Made by a program: the position numbers and the translations under genes. A stretch of DNA of 64,000 nt, from the IMG/VR virus record IMGVR_UViG_3300033463_000020. One strand, written 5' to 3'. Positions 51,621 through 64,000 of the stretch are shown here, in pieces (the first letter of the stretch is position 1; each line of letters begins with the position of its first letter). Source of the stretch: a virus. Taxonomy: Duplodnaviria > Caudoviricetes. The notes beneath the pieces are model-generated. The model was given only the letters and a program-made list of their open reading frames with translations, searched no databases and had not been told where the DNA came from.

Positions 51621-54600
51621 TAAGTAGTATTAGGTTAATTCGAACGATCTTATCACCGTTGCCGACGCCATTCGCTTGCGGACGGGAGAGACGCGCGATT
51701 TGATCTTCCCCGACGAATTCGTCGTGGGCATTAATAGTATAGCCGGCACATGGCGGCCAATCCATGTAAATGGTACCGAAATTTTATCGACAGATCCGGC
51801 TAGCGGTTTTTTGAATCTCAAGATCGCTTCCGGATCTGTTAATATATTGGGCATTACCGCCACCTCTGCAACTGGAGGACAGAATGCCGAATTTGGGATT
51901 CGTGTCAATCCTACTTATTTCTCCTCCGACGCTTAGAACGGGCTCAGCCTGGCAAATTCATGGATTTCGACGCTCGTCACGAATCCTATGCAGGCCGCGA
52001 ATGACCTGATCGTCGGTGGCACGTCGGGGGCTCCCACTCGTTTGGCGGGTGGCTCCGTCGGCCAGGTACTGGGGATTGACTCCAACGGCAACATAGGATG
52101 GCTTAGTGAAGCTCATACGGGCACCGTTACTTCGGTAACGCTAACCTAGGGTGCCGGTATCACGGTGTCGGACTCTGGGGTGGCGATTACCTCGTCTGGC
52201 ACACGCGAGATTAGCTTAAATATCGCTAGTACATCCGCGTTGGGCGGCATAAGAGTTGGCGAGGGGTTGATGGCGACCGCTGCCGGTGTGCTAAGCATTG
52301 ATTCTACGACAGCCACAGAAGGTGACGTATTCATTCGGGACACCGACGGTTTTGCGTGGACTCATCAGTATACTGCATACAATACATCGTCGATTCCCTG
52401 GGGTAAGGTCAATACCACATCGACCTCGACACTCTTCACCGCGACGGTGCCGGGTGTTTCAGCATATCGCGATGGAGTCTCTTTCTGGCTTAAGAACGGA
52501 GTCGTAACTTCGGCCTCTGGGTTTACAATCAATATTAATGGTTTGGGTGCCAAAAAGGTTTATTCCAACATGGCCCCTACGACGCGTGATACAACCATTT
52601 TTAATATTAACTACACGATGTTATTCGTGTACGACGCTGCGCTTGATGATGGAGCTGGCGCTTTTGTTTGCTACCGAGGTTATGATGCCAACACTAACAC
52701 CATTGGTTATCAGATTCGTACGGGCGGCTCAGCTTTGGTAGCGCAAGCTAAGTTTTACCGCTATCGTTTGCTATTCACATCAGCTGATGGAACGCAATGG
52801 GTGCCGGCGAATACTAGCACTTCAACGAATGCCACTGCTGTACGTGCTGTTAACCAGTCGCCCATAGATCCTTTTGGGGCAATTGTCTGGTATGGCACGA
52901 CGACGGCGGTCGAAGCCAACGCCGTTCCCAGTACCTCGTATTTATGGCAGCAAATGTATGGTAGCTCGACGTTGATCGGGTATTCTTTCAACAGAACAGG
53001 TGCGGCAGCGACGATGACAGCGCACTTGCCAATTTATATTAAATGCGCGCCGTAGTCTGACGGATCGGCGATCATTGATGCCGATACACCATATGTGCAG
53101 ACGTTGCCCGCCACTGACGATGGTAAGATCTATATCATGCTAGGCCGGGCAGTCGACGCGACACATTTTGAAATTCTATTGAACCACCCGGTCTACACGC
53201 ACGTGAATGGGCATGTTCAATTGTGGACACCCTATGCAGCGATCGCTGGCAGCGCCGGTGCAGCAACCAGTGCCATCTATGATGGCGGCTTAAATCCATA
53301 GCAAAAAATCTCAGAATGGTATGGGCATAGCATATCAGTTAGCGGTCACACTTTGACCCTGGAGGATGCGAATGGCGATGAGTTAAACGCTATTACATTA
53401 CCAGATGACAATACAACCTATACCTTAGGTACGGGGCCACAGACTGTCACCTTGACTCCCAGTAGTGGTTCGGTGCAGAGTATTACCGTACCCTACGCCA
53501 CCAGTGCATTAAATGACGATGGTGGAAATTAGATCACAACTCATTACGGCCATATATTAATAACCAATGGTAATACCGTCGGTTTAGAGGATGGCAACGG
53601 TGATGAAATTACGGGTAGTTTTATCACGGTACCATACGCCACCAGTGCCGGAAGCGCCAGCAGTGCAACCAGCGCGATATATGATGGTGGTCTGAACCCC
53701 ACTCAAAAAATCTCAGAGTGGTACGGACACTCGTTATCATTGAGTAATGGCGTTCTCGCGCTAGAGGACGCAAACGGGGACAGTTTAAGTACTGTGACGT
53801 TACCCGAAGGCGTGACGTATACACTTGGCACGTCGGGCAACAACGTAACCCTTACTCCAAGTACGGGATCGGTGCAGAGTATCACCGTGCCGTACGCTAC
53901 TAAAGCCTTGGGCGACGATGGTGGAAATTAGATCAGCACTTATTATGGGCACAAGTTAATAATTTCAGGGAATACCCTGGGGCTCGAAGATGGTAACGGT
54001 GATGAGATCACCGGTAGTTTTGTCACAGTGCCATATGCCACGGCGGCTGGATCTGTCGCTTGGGCTAATGTGTCCGGACACGCCGCCGGCGTGAAGGACG
54101 ATCTGGGAATTGCAGCCTCTGGCACTACATTCTTGCGCAAAGATGGAACATGGGCTACACCCACTGATACGAATACTACATACAGTTTATCGGGGGCCCT
54201 GGGGTCACATAAATTTACAACCACATTAACGGCGACCAATCCCTCGGGAACCAGTACGTCGGTCATTGAGTTCGTCGCGGGTAGTAATGTCACTTTAACG
54301 GATGACACCACCAATAAGAAGATCACAATTGCCGCGACAGACACTACTTATACGCTGGGAACGGGCGTCAATACGGTTACACTTACTCCCAGCTCGGGGA
54401 GTGCGCAAAGTATTACTGTACCGTATGCTACGGCAGCGCGGAATGACGACGGGGGCAATTAGATTTCTGCCACGTACGGCCACTCTCTCGTGGTCAGCGG
54501 GACTACCGTTGGTTTAGAAGATGGCAACGGAGATGAAATTACTGGCAGTTTCGTTACTGTACCCTATGCATCTTCCGCTGGTTCAGTGGCCTGGGATAAT

Positions 54601-57600
54601 GTATCGGGACACCTCGCTGGAGTTAAGGCAGATCTGGGCATTGAATCTAGCGGGTCTACTTTCTTACGTAAAGATGGTACCTGGGCGACGCCGACCGATA
54701 CTAATACTACCTATGCGATTTCTGGTGCGCTGGCGAGCCACAAGTTCACCACGACTCTAACTGCCACGAACCCATCGGGTACCAGTACCGCTGCTATTGA
54801 ATTTGTAGCGGGCAGTAATGTGACCCTGACAGACGATACGACCAATAAGAAAATCACTATTGCGTCCGCGAATACCACTTATACGTTGGGTGTGGGAACC
54901 AACACAGTCACACTCACGCCAAGTTCTGGCAGTGTACAGACGATTACAGTACCTTATGCCACCAATGCTCGGAACGATGATGGGGGCAATTAGATTAGTA
55001 CCACCTATGCTCACTCTTTAATAGTTAGTGGTAATACGGTGGGGCTGGAAGATGGCAATGGCGACGAAATTACTGGCAGCTTTGTGACGGTTCCTTATGC
55101 CTCTTCTGCTGGTTCTGTCGCGTGGGCCAATGTTGATGGGCACCTCGCTGGTGTGAAGGCAGATTTAGGTATCGAGTCTACAGGATCAACATTTTTACGC
55201 AAAGATGGTACCTGGGCCACGCCAGCTAATACTACATATACGCTTTCGCATCCTGCAGATACGTATAACCTGGTCTTAAGTGCTGGGGGCACCGCCCAAG
55301 ACACTATTACGTTGGGCGCAAATGCTTGGAATAGCACTGCCATCCCCACCGTTTATATTAAGAGCGCTGCGGTAAGTGGCAGTACGTTGACCTTGACCAA
55401 GTCGGACAACACGACTGTTACATTTTCTGACACGGACCTAAATACGTGGCGTCCGATTAAGTATGGATCAACGACGCTTAATGATACGGCAACAACATTA
55501 GAGTTTGTGGCTGGCAGCAATGTGGGGTTATCTTTCAGTAGCGGCAAGCTAACGATCAGCAGCAGCTATACCAATACGACGTATACGTTGGGGACCAGTG
55601 GTAATACAGTTACGCTGACACCGAGCTCCGGGAGCGTGCAGAGCATCACTGTGCCCTATGCAACTAAGGCTCTTGGCGACGATGGCGGGCATCAAATCAG
55701 TACTCATTATGGCCATCTTTTAGTTATCAGCGGCAACACTATTGGATTAGAGGACGGTAACGGCGATGAAATCACAGGTAGTTTCATTACTGTTCCTTAT
55801 GCAACTGCTGCTAACACCGCGACCACTGCAGATAGCGCAAATTCTGTTGCGTGGGCTAACGTGTCTGGCCATGCCGCTGGAGTCAAAGCAGACATTGGTA
55901 TCGCGACCACTGGCACTACCTTCTTACGCAAGGACGGTACCTGGGCAACCCCAACAGACACTAATACGACATACGCTATTTCGGGCGCTCTTTCGAGCCA
56001 TAAATTTACCACAACTTTAACAGCAACCAACCCTTCGGGCACAAGTACTACCAGTCTGGAGTTGGTCGCCGGTACGAACATTACACTAACCGACGACACC
56101 ACCAACCGGAAGATCACGATCGCATCCGCTAATACCACATATACCTTAGGAACGAACGGAAACTCTGTGACTTTAACGCCCAGTTCTGGATCCGTACAGA
56201 GTATTACAGTTCCCTATGCCACCAACGCAAAAAATGACGACGGAGGCAACTAGATTTCTACAACTTACGGGCACGCACTGATAGTTAGTGGAAACACTGT
56301 GGGGCTCGAAGACGGAAATGGCGATGAGATCACAGGCAGTTTTGTAACTGTTCCCTATGCTACTGCCGCGGGATCGGTTGACTGGGCAAACGTTAATGGT
56401 CATGCCGCCGGGGTAAAAGCCGATTTGGGCATTGCATCTTCAGGCGCGACTTTCTTGCGCAAGGATGGACAATGGGCGACGCCCGCAAATACGACTTATA
56501 CTCTAACGCATCCGACCAATACTTACAATCTTGTCCTAAATGCTGGCGGGACCGCGCAAGACACGATTACGCTGGGGGCGAATGCGTGGAACAGCACCGC
56601 GATTCCTACAGTCTATATCAAGAGTGCATCTGTAAGTGGGAGCACCTTAACTTTAACCAAATCCGACGATACGACAGTCACCTTTTCAGACACCGATCTG
56701 AATACCTGGCGGCCAATCAAATACGGCTCCACCACGCTCAATGACAAGACTACGACGCTGGAGTTTGTAGCCGGCAGTAATGTTGGGCTATCTTTTAGCT
56801 CAGGCAAACTAACTATTTCTAGTAGCTATACTAACACCACCTATACGTTGGGCACCAACGGGAATACCGTGACGCTGACACCGAGCTCTGGCTCTGTACA
56901 AAGTATTACTGTTCCATACGCCACCAAGGCTTTAGGGGATGACGCCGGCAATCAGATTACGACAACTTATGGTCACGCTTTGGTTGTTAGTGGGAATACC
57001 GTAGGCTTGGAAGATGGCAACGGAGATAGTATTACAGGTAGTTTTATCACAGTCCCCTATGCAACGGCCGCGGGTAGTGCAACGACAGCAACAACGGCTG
57101 ACACTGCTAATTCTGTCGCATGGGCAAACGTGTCGGGGCATGCGGCCGGAGTCAAAGCCGACATTGGCATTGCCACCAGCGGAAGCACTTTTTTACGGAA
57201 AGACGGACAGTGGGCGACACCAACCGATACTAATACTACGTATAGTCTTTCTGGTGCCCTCTCAAGCCATAAGTTCACCACGACCCTTACGGCCACGAAC
57301 CCGTCCGGGACGAGTACTTCAGCAATTGAATTTGTGGCTGGGGGCAACATCACGTTAACCGATGACACGACTAATAAGAAAATCACCATTGCCGCCACCG
57401 ATACCACATACACGTTTTCGGCCCCCTTATCAAAGAACAGCTCTAATGTTGTTAGTTTGTCCCTGGGTACCGGACTAACTACTTCTAGCAACGCGCTAGT
57501 GGTTGATTCTGGATGGTTGGAGGATGAGATTTCCGATGCTTTGACGGGTTATGTGACGGGCAGTGGCACTAGCGGGTATTTAGCCAAGTGGAATGGCAGC

Positions 57601-57924
57601 GGGTCGCTTACCAACGGCCCATAGCTGGGAAGTTCCACCACAACTTATTTACGCAACGATGGTACTTGGGCAACTCCCACGGATACGAATAATGCGGTAA
57701 CGCAAACCGCTACCACCACCAATGCAACGTATGAGGTTTTGTTTAGTAATACTGCGGACAATACCACACGCACCGAGGGGGCGCGGAAAAATAGTAACCT
57801 GTTATTCAATCCTTCGACGGGTACAATGAGCACTGTGATCTATACCATGATGGTGGGCACCACAGCCAAAGCACGTATGAACTATGATAATACTGTCGAG
57901 GCAATTAAATTTACATTTGTGTGA
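51607..57924 (+). CDS. Long repetitive tail fibre protein, ~2105 aa
   Basis: All fragments from 51676 to 57739 are in one frame joined by TAG; GGAGG RBS; T/S/G-rich with repeated FLRKDGTWATP and SITVPYAT..DDGGN(Q)I modules. Confidence 0.88.
53250..57420 (+). repeat. Tandem coding repeats within the tail fibre
   Basis: Seven copies of TYTLG..VTLTPSSGSVQSITVPYAT..DDGGNQI..YGH..GLEDGNGDEITGSF.TVPYA, with alternating spacer modules. Copies are near-identical in protein but diverged at synonymous sites. Confidence 0.9.
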
Positions 57925-57936
57925 GAGAGGTGGAAC

Positions 57937-59676
57937 ATGGCTTTAAAAATTTGGATGCCATTTGTTAATGATACTGAAAATTAGGGCTTGTGTTCCACCG
58001 CCACGCTGTAGAAAACCGTCGACGCCTATACCGCATAGACCGACGGTAAACTGGGGGGTGCCTATTCCGGCTATAGTTTATACCACGCCAGCGAGGAATT
58101 CCTGGGCAATCAATGGAGTGTGGCAGCTTGGGTGAATGCGGTCTCCTTCGGGTAGTATAACAATATTATTTTTTGTAAAAATATTAGTAGTAGTACCGAT
58201 TGCCACATTTATTGGTCTGTAATTTCGAACAATACTTACAATATTGGGGTGAACGGTCCGAGCGGAACTACGACATGTTCCTATACATTCGCCACCAATA
58301 CCTGGTATCATCTTGCTACAACTTATGATGGATCACGCATTAAAATGTATATTAATGGGGGCCTAGTGAAAGATGTGGCTTATGCTTCTACGCAACCAAC
58401 TGGTTGTTTAAACTTCGGCTTAGGTGCCCGCTCCAGTAACGCGGCGGGCACCAGTGCCACGGCTGCGGGTAACTGGAAGTTCAATGATTTCCGGCTATAT
58501 GATACGGCAATCTCAGCCAAAGAGGTAGAAGAGCTGGCACGCGGTTTGGTGCTGCACTATAAGTTAGACGGCGGTATCATGCGGGGTTAGAATCTAATTG
58601 CTAACAGCAAACTAGATGCCACGTGGCCGTTTCCGACCTCATCATACTCGGATAAATATTCCCCGACCACTCTTTCTGTACCGACAGGGGACGTGTACAC
58701 GCTGTCATTTGACGCAAAATCTACTGTTGCGGGCGACGTTATTAGAACGCATTACTATAGCCCCAACACTACTACAACCTGTATCTCTAGCCAAGGAACT
58801 ACGCGCACGGCCAGCGATGGCTATATGACTTTCACCTTATCGAAGGAGTGGCAAAGGTACTGGGTGACATATTATTAGACAACGACAACTGCGGTTAAAC
58901 ATATTATTTGTCCCCGACTTATGAGCGGTGAGGGCACAGGATCTGTATCGATAAAAAACGTGAAATTTGAAGAGGGGAAAACGGCTACTGCGTGGTCTCC
59001 GGCGCCATCGGATGCCTTATATGATACGGCCTATAGCAGTAGAGTGTGTGATTGTTCAGGCTATAAGCATCACGGCAGTATTGTCAACACTTTGGCTACT
59101 AGTTCCAATACGCCGCGTTATACTGCTTCAATCAAAATACCCGCAGCTTCTAGCGGTGTCAAATTGTCCAATTTTTCTATCGGTAATGTTTGGTCCATGG
59201 GGTGTTGGTTTTACTACCCATCGAAGGACAATACGGGTTGGAAAGCGCTCGTTATTTTAAACAATAATGGCGGTGATGCCGATTTATAGTTTGGGAATTT
59301 TATTAACTGTAGCGGAACCAACTTGCAATATAGCGCCAATGGTAAGTATACCACGAGTGTCAGTTTCACCTATGGAACGTGGAACCATGTTTTCAATACC
59401 TATGATGGTACCGTTTTGCGGTGCTATCTGAATGGCCAATACCAAACGTCGGTCACTCCAGGGCAAACCTTGTTGCGATCGAACTTGGGGATTGGTTTTA
59501 AAAGCTCCGCCACTGATTTCAGCACCTATGGGAATTCGGCGACGAATGCCCAAATCAGCGATGTGCGTATCTATGCAACCGCTTTGAGCGACAAACAAGT
59601 GTTGGAGTTATACAATGAAAGTGCGGCAATTGACCGTTCTGGCACATATTATACAAGGGAGGTGATTGAACAATGA
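57937..59676 (+). CDS. LamG/concanavalin-like (plus CBM-like) receptor-binding or tail protein, 579 aa
   Basis: One frame across several TAGs; two LamG-type segments (TWYHLATTYDG..MYING; NDFRLYDTAIS; SDVRIYATALS) and a KNVKFEEGKTATAWSPAP segment. Confidence 0.8.
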
Positions 59677-60254
59677 ATGGTTTGGATATAACGCGTACTG
59701 GCCTTTCTTGTGCCAATCGCTTCCAAGAACTATATGAAGACCAGGATGGCAATAGGTTTATGATGCTACTCTGGCATGATAATAAATAGGGTAATCAATT
59801 GTTTACCCAATCGAATGCTACGAATAATGAAGAGCCGGGCCTATTCTCGCGGTTATATTTACTCGAGAGTGCGCCCGCGCTCTTCCAAACAAGTGGCGCT
59901 TTCGAATTCATCGCCTTTATGCCCGACGATAATGATCTGATCTATCGGTGGAAACAAACCTCCAATCCGATGACAACGACCAGCGTATCGGGATTTACAA
60001 ATATCTCGAATAGTACTGCCGGGCTGTCAAAATATAATAGTAACACATATTTGCGCACGCAGGCCACATGGTGGGGGGCGGTTGGATGTTGGACCGCATA
60101 CACACAAGGTGGCCGCCGTGGTATCCCCGGCTTCGGAGGAAATAGCGACGCCAATGTGTGTACGGGTTTAATGTTGTTATTCGCGAAAATTAATGAGAAG
60201 TCTGTAATGGACTTTCCTACATTATTACTTGCCAATGATTTTCAAGAATATTGA
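59673..60254 (+). CDS. Tail-associated protein (weakly fibrinogen-C-like), 1 TAG
   Basis: In frame from ATG 59673; FSRL..FEF..RWKQTSNP segment. Confidence 0.6.
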
Positions 60255-60256
60255 AG

Positions 60257-60285
60257 TTGACTTTTTGGGCACATGCCCTTATAAT
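60257..60285 (+). promoter_or_regulatory. Sigma70/A-type promoter
   Basis: TTGACT-17 bp-TATAAT, upstream of AGGAGG and ATG 60312. Confidence 0.55.
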
Positions 60286-60311
60286 ATAATAAAAAAGGAG
60301 GAAGTGGCACA

Positions 60312-62834
60312 ATGGCATAGTTAAAAGATTTAATGGTTTATGGCGATGCCAAATTTTTAGCAAATGCCATGTTAGACCATGATCCCACCCTTAACCTTGA
60401 GGCTGCAACGAAACATTATGTGGACTAGGCGGTTGCTGGTACCATCACCGGATCGGGTACTAACGGGTATTTGACCAAATGGAGCGGCGGTAGCTCTATC
60501 ACGAATGGGCCATAGTTGGGCTCCAGTACGACAACCTATTTGCGGAATGACGGCAGTTGGGCTACGCCGCCCAATACCACCTATACATTGGGCACGGGGA
60601 CAAAAACGGTCACCTTAACGCCGAGCCCCGGATCAGAGCAGAGCATTACCGTACCTTACGCCACAAGTGCTCGGAATGATGACGGCAACAATTAGATTAG
60701 TACCACATATGGACACAGTTTATTGCTTAGTGGCGGCAAGCTTAGCTTAGAGGACGGTAACGGTGATGAAATTTCGGGTAGTGGGGTCACCATTCCGGGT
60801 TGGCGACCAGTTAGTCCACGTGATTTTACGAATGGCACGCTAATCAAAACCAGCATTAATTATGCGGTATCCGACGGCGCGGCGTTTTATTTGCACATTT
60901 TAAGTGATGGATACGGCACTGCTGACATCGATACTGTGGCAACAGGATATATTTATAGTAGTAGTTACCTATACGCCACTGGTATCACCAATTATGGGCG
61001 TTAGATTCTCCCCGAATTAAAAGCCATGAATATCGACGGTAATTTATGTTTCTGGTTTGCGCGCATTGGCTACTGGCAGTCTTTTGCATGCGAGTGTTAT
61101 TCGGCGAGTTCAGGAAATTATAATTCGAATTTAGTCACTGAGGTGAGTAATTCGGCTGACCCCTCATCCTCTGCTACCAAAGTGGTGGTGCTAGGGACGG
61201 GGGGGTCATCTCCCAAGGGCATTAATAAAAGCGTATTTGCTCATTCTGCAGGGTCGCAAACTACTAATTATTTGACAAAATGGTCTGCTGGTAATACCAT
61301 TACTGATGCTGCGGCCTATGACACTGCTGCGAGTAATAGTACAATAGCGCAACGCACTGCTAACGGCTATTTATATGCTACTTACTTCAATAATTCTAAT
61401 TCAGCAGTAAACATCGCGAGTTACACCGTACGAGGGGTTAATTTTACTTCTTCTGATGGCTTCGTCCGCAATACACCTAAAGCCAACTTTACTAGTTGGC
61501 TAGGACTCGGAGAACTTGCTTATCTCAGCGGTACGAGCGGTAACGAAAATAAATATTTAATATTTGATGGCTCTAGCGAATATAGCTGGGGCGACGTGAA
61601 GAGTTTAACGGGTTGGTCAGCTCTTTCTACAACAACCGCAGTTAATGATTTTATGACTGGCAACACTCTTAAATTTGCCGAAGTTAAATCTTATACTACT
61701 GCCGCGCTTGATGGCAACGACGGAGTACTACTTTCTGTTGGATATCCAGGGACTACCAATGGTTATGGTATGCAAATACTTATGGATGATAATAACGCAA
61801 AAACCACCATATATGCGCGCGGTCGTAAGGCAACCAACTATGACACATGGCGGAAAATCGCTCATAGCGGCAATCTAACATTAAGTATTAGTAGTAATAA
61901 TTTATCATTAAAAGTAGATGGCACAACAGTGTCTACTGTGACACTACCGAACACCTGTTTAGCCGAAGGCACAAAGATTTTAATGGCTAACCATACAGAA
62001 AAGAATGTCGAAGATATAGCAGCAGGAGATTCTATTCTTTCATATGATCCTAATACAAATTAGCTGATTGAGGCTATAGTAGTAGGCAATTATGAAACAG
62101 GAGTTTCTGATGATTTTGTTAATTATTATTTTGACGATGGTTCTTTTGTGACTATTTTTGGCAAGCATTGTTTGTATAGCGTTACTGAAGGAACAGCACG
62201 TGGTGTAGATTTTTGGGAGCCAGGCTGGGAAAGCATTAACGATAAAGGAGAAACAATTACCTACATTGGCTCTGAAGATATTCATAATGCTGGTCGTAAA
62301 CGTCACTTCGACCTTCACAGTTCCAACAAATTATATTTCGCGAACGGTATCCTGAATGCCCAGTCGCTGACTCTCGACTATCCGTTGTATAAAGACGGCG
62401 AACTTCCTAAAGAATTCATCGCCGCTCTTAAGGCTGACTTTGATTCTTCGGCGAATCTCCACACGCATCAGTTCGATAAGAAGACTGGCTCTATTCTCGC
62501 CCCTATCCTCAAAGAGCTCAAAGTTCAGAAGAAGGTTATGGACGACAACAAGAAGCTTCTTGCCGATTCTGATTACCTGGTCGCGAAATTCACCGAGGGG
62601 CTTATCAGCGCCGCTGAGTGGCTCAAGGCGAAAGCTGAACGCGCGGGCTGGAGAAGTGCTGTCAACAAAGCAGAACCTCTGTACGCCGCGGCTCAGGAGC
62701 GTTATGAGGCGTTTAAAGCCAAGTATGCACCGACCAACACAAAGCGCGAAAGATTCAACGCAGCCGTCGCGCGAGACAACGCTTGCCTAGGCGCGCTGAA
62801 GGCTTATTACAAATCAAAGAACGAATTAAAATAA
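60312..62834 (+). CDS. Tail fibre with Hint (Hedgehog/intein) domain and C-terminal tail-assembly-chaperone-like domain, 840 aa
   Basis: MA[TAG]LKDL start, ATKHYVD, and repeats shared with the long fibre. CLAEGTKILMA..VEDI..GD (from 61956) and LYFANGIL Hint blocks. C-terminal LADSDY..K..E..R..WR..VN. Confidence 0.8.
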
Positions 62835-62864
62835 GAAATCGTAAAACTCTTCGCAGCGACCGAA

Positions 62865-62882
62865 ATAAAAACACCATTTTAT
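62865..62882. promoter_or_regulatory. ATAAAA-N6-TTTTAT palindrome, copy 4
   Basis: ATAAAA ACACCA TTTTAT, followed by TATAAT. Confidence 0.5.
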
Positions 62883-62930
62883 CTTATAATATTGCCCCCT
62901 TTTAGGGCGATCATTAATTCAAAAATTCAC

Positions 62931-62952
62931 GGGGGCGGTTCATTCCGCCCCC
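62931..62952 (+). terminator. GC-rich hairpin
   Basis: GGGGGCGG-TTCATT-CCGCCCCC, intergenic, no U-tract. Confidence 0.4.
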
Positions 62953-62977
62953 GATCCCATGAACGGAGGAAAAAACC

Positions 62978-63193
62978 ATGGCACAACGAATGGAAAACGA
63001 ACCCAATCACATTTTGGTAGAATCTTCACATCGCGCGCAGGCCGAAGACAGGTTGTGGTATGTAATGGACGACAACGACCTCGACACACTGAAGTCGGAG
63101 CAGACGGTTTATTTTGGAGACAAAGCCTATGTGATCAAAGCGCAAAAATTCTACATTATGGGTAACGACGACACTTGGTATGAATTGCCCTAA
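62978..63193 (+). CDS. Small phage protein
   Basis: CGGAGG RBS; G.KAYVI..FYIM..WYEL pattern typical of small tail-associated proteins. Confidence 0.7.
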   Translation: MAQRMENEPNHILVESSHRAQAEDRLWYVMDDNDLDTLKSEQTVYFGDKAYVIKAQKFYIMGNDDTWYELP

Positions 63194-63204
63194 GGAGGGC
63201 TAAA

Positions 63205-63438
63205 ATGGGAATGGATTTTAGACGTCCCAACTATGTAACGGGATTTCGCTGGGGCAAAGCCCTAATTTGGGCTGCTAATGAAAGCGGCGGCAAAGGGAGA
63301 CCAAATCCGCTCGATGAACCAATTGCAGAATTAGTAACACCTTAGCCGCTATCTACTGCTGAGGGGGACAATACTTTAACAGTTGCCGCGGAAGTAGATG
63401 ACATATCCTTGGATGACACGTCTGTGAAGCATAAATAA
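63205..63438 (+). CDS. Hypothetical protein, 77 aa, 1 TAG
   Basis: AGGAGG RBS; open to TAA when TAG is read through. Confidence 0.55.
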
Positions 63439-63485
63439 TCTACGAATAGGCGTAATTCTTAATTTTAACCCGTGGAGGTTCCCGT

Positions 63486-64000
63486 ATGGGTATTTATCTA
63501 GGTTACCGTGAGCTTGTTTTAACGGATGACGAGCTGTCAGATTTTTATTCCGGGTTATATGAATTTCCTGCCGATCTGGCACGGAATGAATATGTGATAA
63601 TTAAGAATGTTGAAGGAGAAATTGTAGCAAAAACGCGATACGACGGTGAGGCAATGATTCAAGTACGCTACCCCACCATCACCAATCGCAATATGACTGT
63701 TTGTGGGCGTAATGAATATCAGCATTGTGCAATCGACTTGCTATTGGCACGCAATGTCCCGGTCAAGTTATTATTGGGGGAGAGCGGAAGTGGGAAAGAT
63801 TATTTAATGTCCGCTGCCGCCATGGCCCTCATAGATCGGGGAAAGTTCCAAAAAATCGTGTACATTCGTCCGAATGTTACCATTGATGGGGTGCCCGACA
63901 TTGGCTACCGTAAAGGCGACACCTTCCAAAAATTAGCGTGGACCCTGGGGCCGCTGATAGACAAATACGGAGGGTAGCAAGCTATTGAAAACCTCATTCG
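63486..64000 (+). CDS. phoH: PhoH-like ATPase (runs off the window)
   Basis: RNEYQ..A, GESGSGKD Walker A, YIRP, IGYRKG..KL..W; continues through TAG 63975. Confidence 0.85.

Noticed and set aside
53250-57420. CRISPR array or DGR template/variable repeats
   Set aside because: The repeats are in-frame protein modules differing at synonymous sites. There is no spacer structure, no adenine-specific pattern and no reverse transcriptase in the window.
61956-62365. Canonical splicing intein
   Set aside because: It lacks the terminal His-Asn followed by Cys/Ser/Thr and has no endonuclease; it fits a cleavage-only Hint domain better.
157-64000. Mass pseudogenisation or sequencing errors as the cause of fragmented ORFs
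   Set aside because: Interruptions are only TAG, never frameshifts, TAA or TGA. Catalytic motifs are intact and a CUA tRNA is present.

Overview
This 64 kb window comes from a large tailed dsDNA phage. The host is probably an anaerobic Firmicute, which I infer from gene content. Every credible gene is on the + strand. The phage uses a reassigned genetic code: in-frame TAG codons are read through, almost certainly as Gln (table 15), and the genes I reconstructed end only in TAA or TGA, so the supplied ORF track is fragmented. With TAG=Gln the gene order is: redoxin-nrdD-nrdG; amidase endolysin; a ~3860-aa tape-measure protein; two baseplate/tail-tip genes; a replication/recombination block (SSB, two PD-(D/E)xK nucleases, Sak/Rad52, DnaB-like helicase, primase, DnaE, RecD2); a metabolic block (IscS, dUTPase, FTR-like protein, nucleoside deoxyribosyltransferase, NCS2 permease, ClpP); a tRNA/structured-RNA cluster; tail fibres, one with a Hint domain; and PhoH. 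The most notable system is the tape-measure gene. Its N-terminal half carries motifs of both barrels of a two-barrel RNA polymerase (GEK..H..KG, P....SR, RYP, NLDFDGD) plus a PD-(D/E)xK nuclease-like domain, suggesting an injected virion RNAP fused to the tape measure. The gene is split by a group I intron whose homing endonuclease is itself TAG-recoded. The tRNA cluster includes an amber-suppressor tRNA(CUA) that looks tRNA-Trp-derived. Two recurring cis motifs also appear: sigma70/A-type promoters with CCCAATATAAT, and an ATAAAA-N6-TTTTAT palindrome. All calls were made by eye; no database searches were run.
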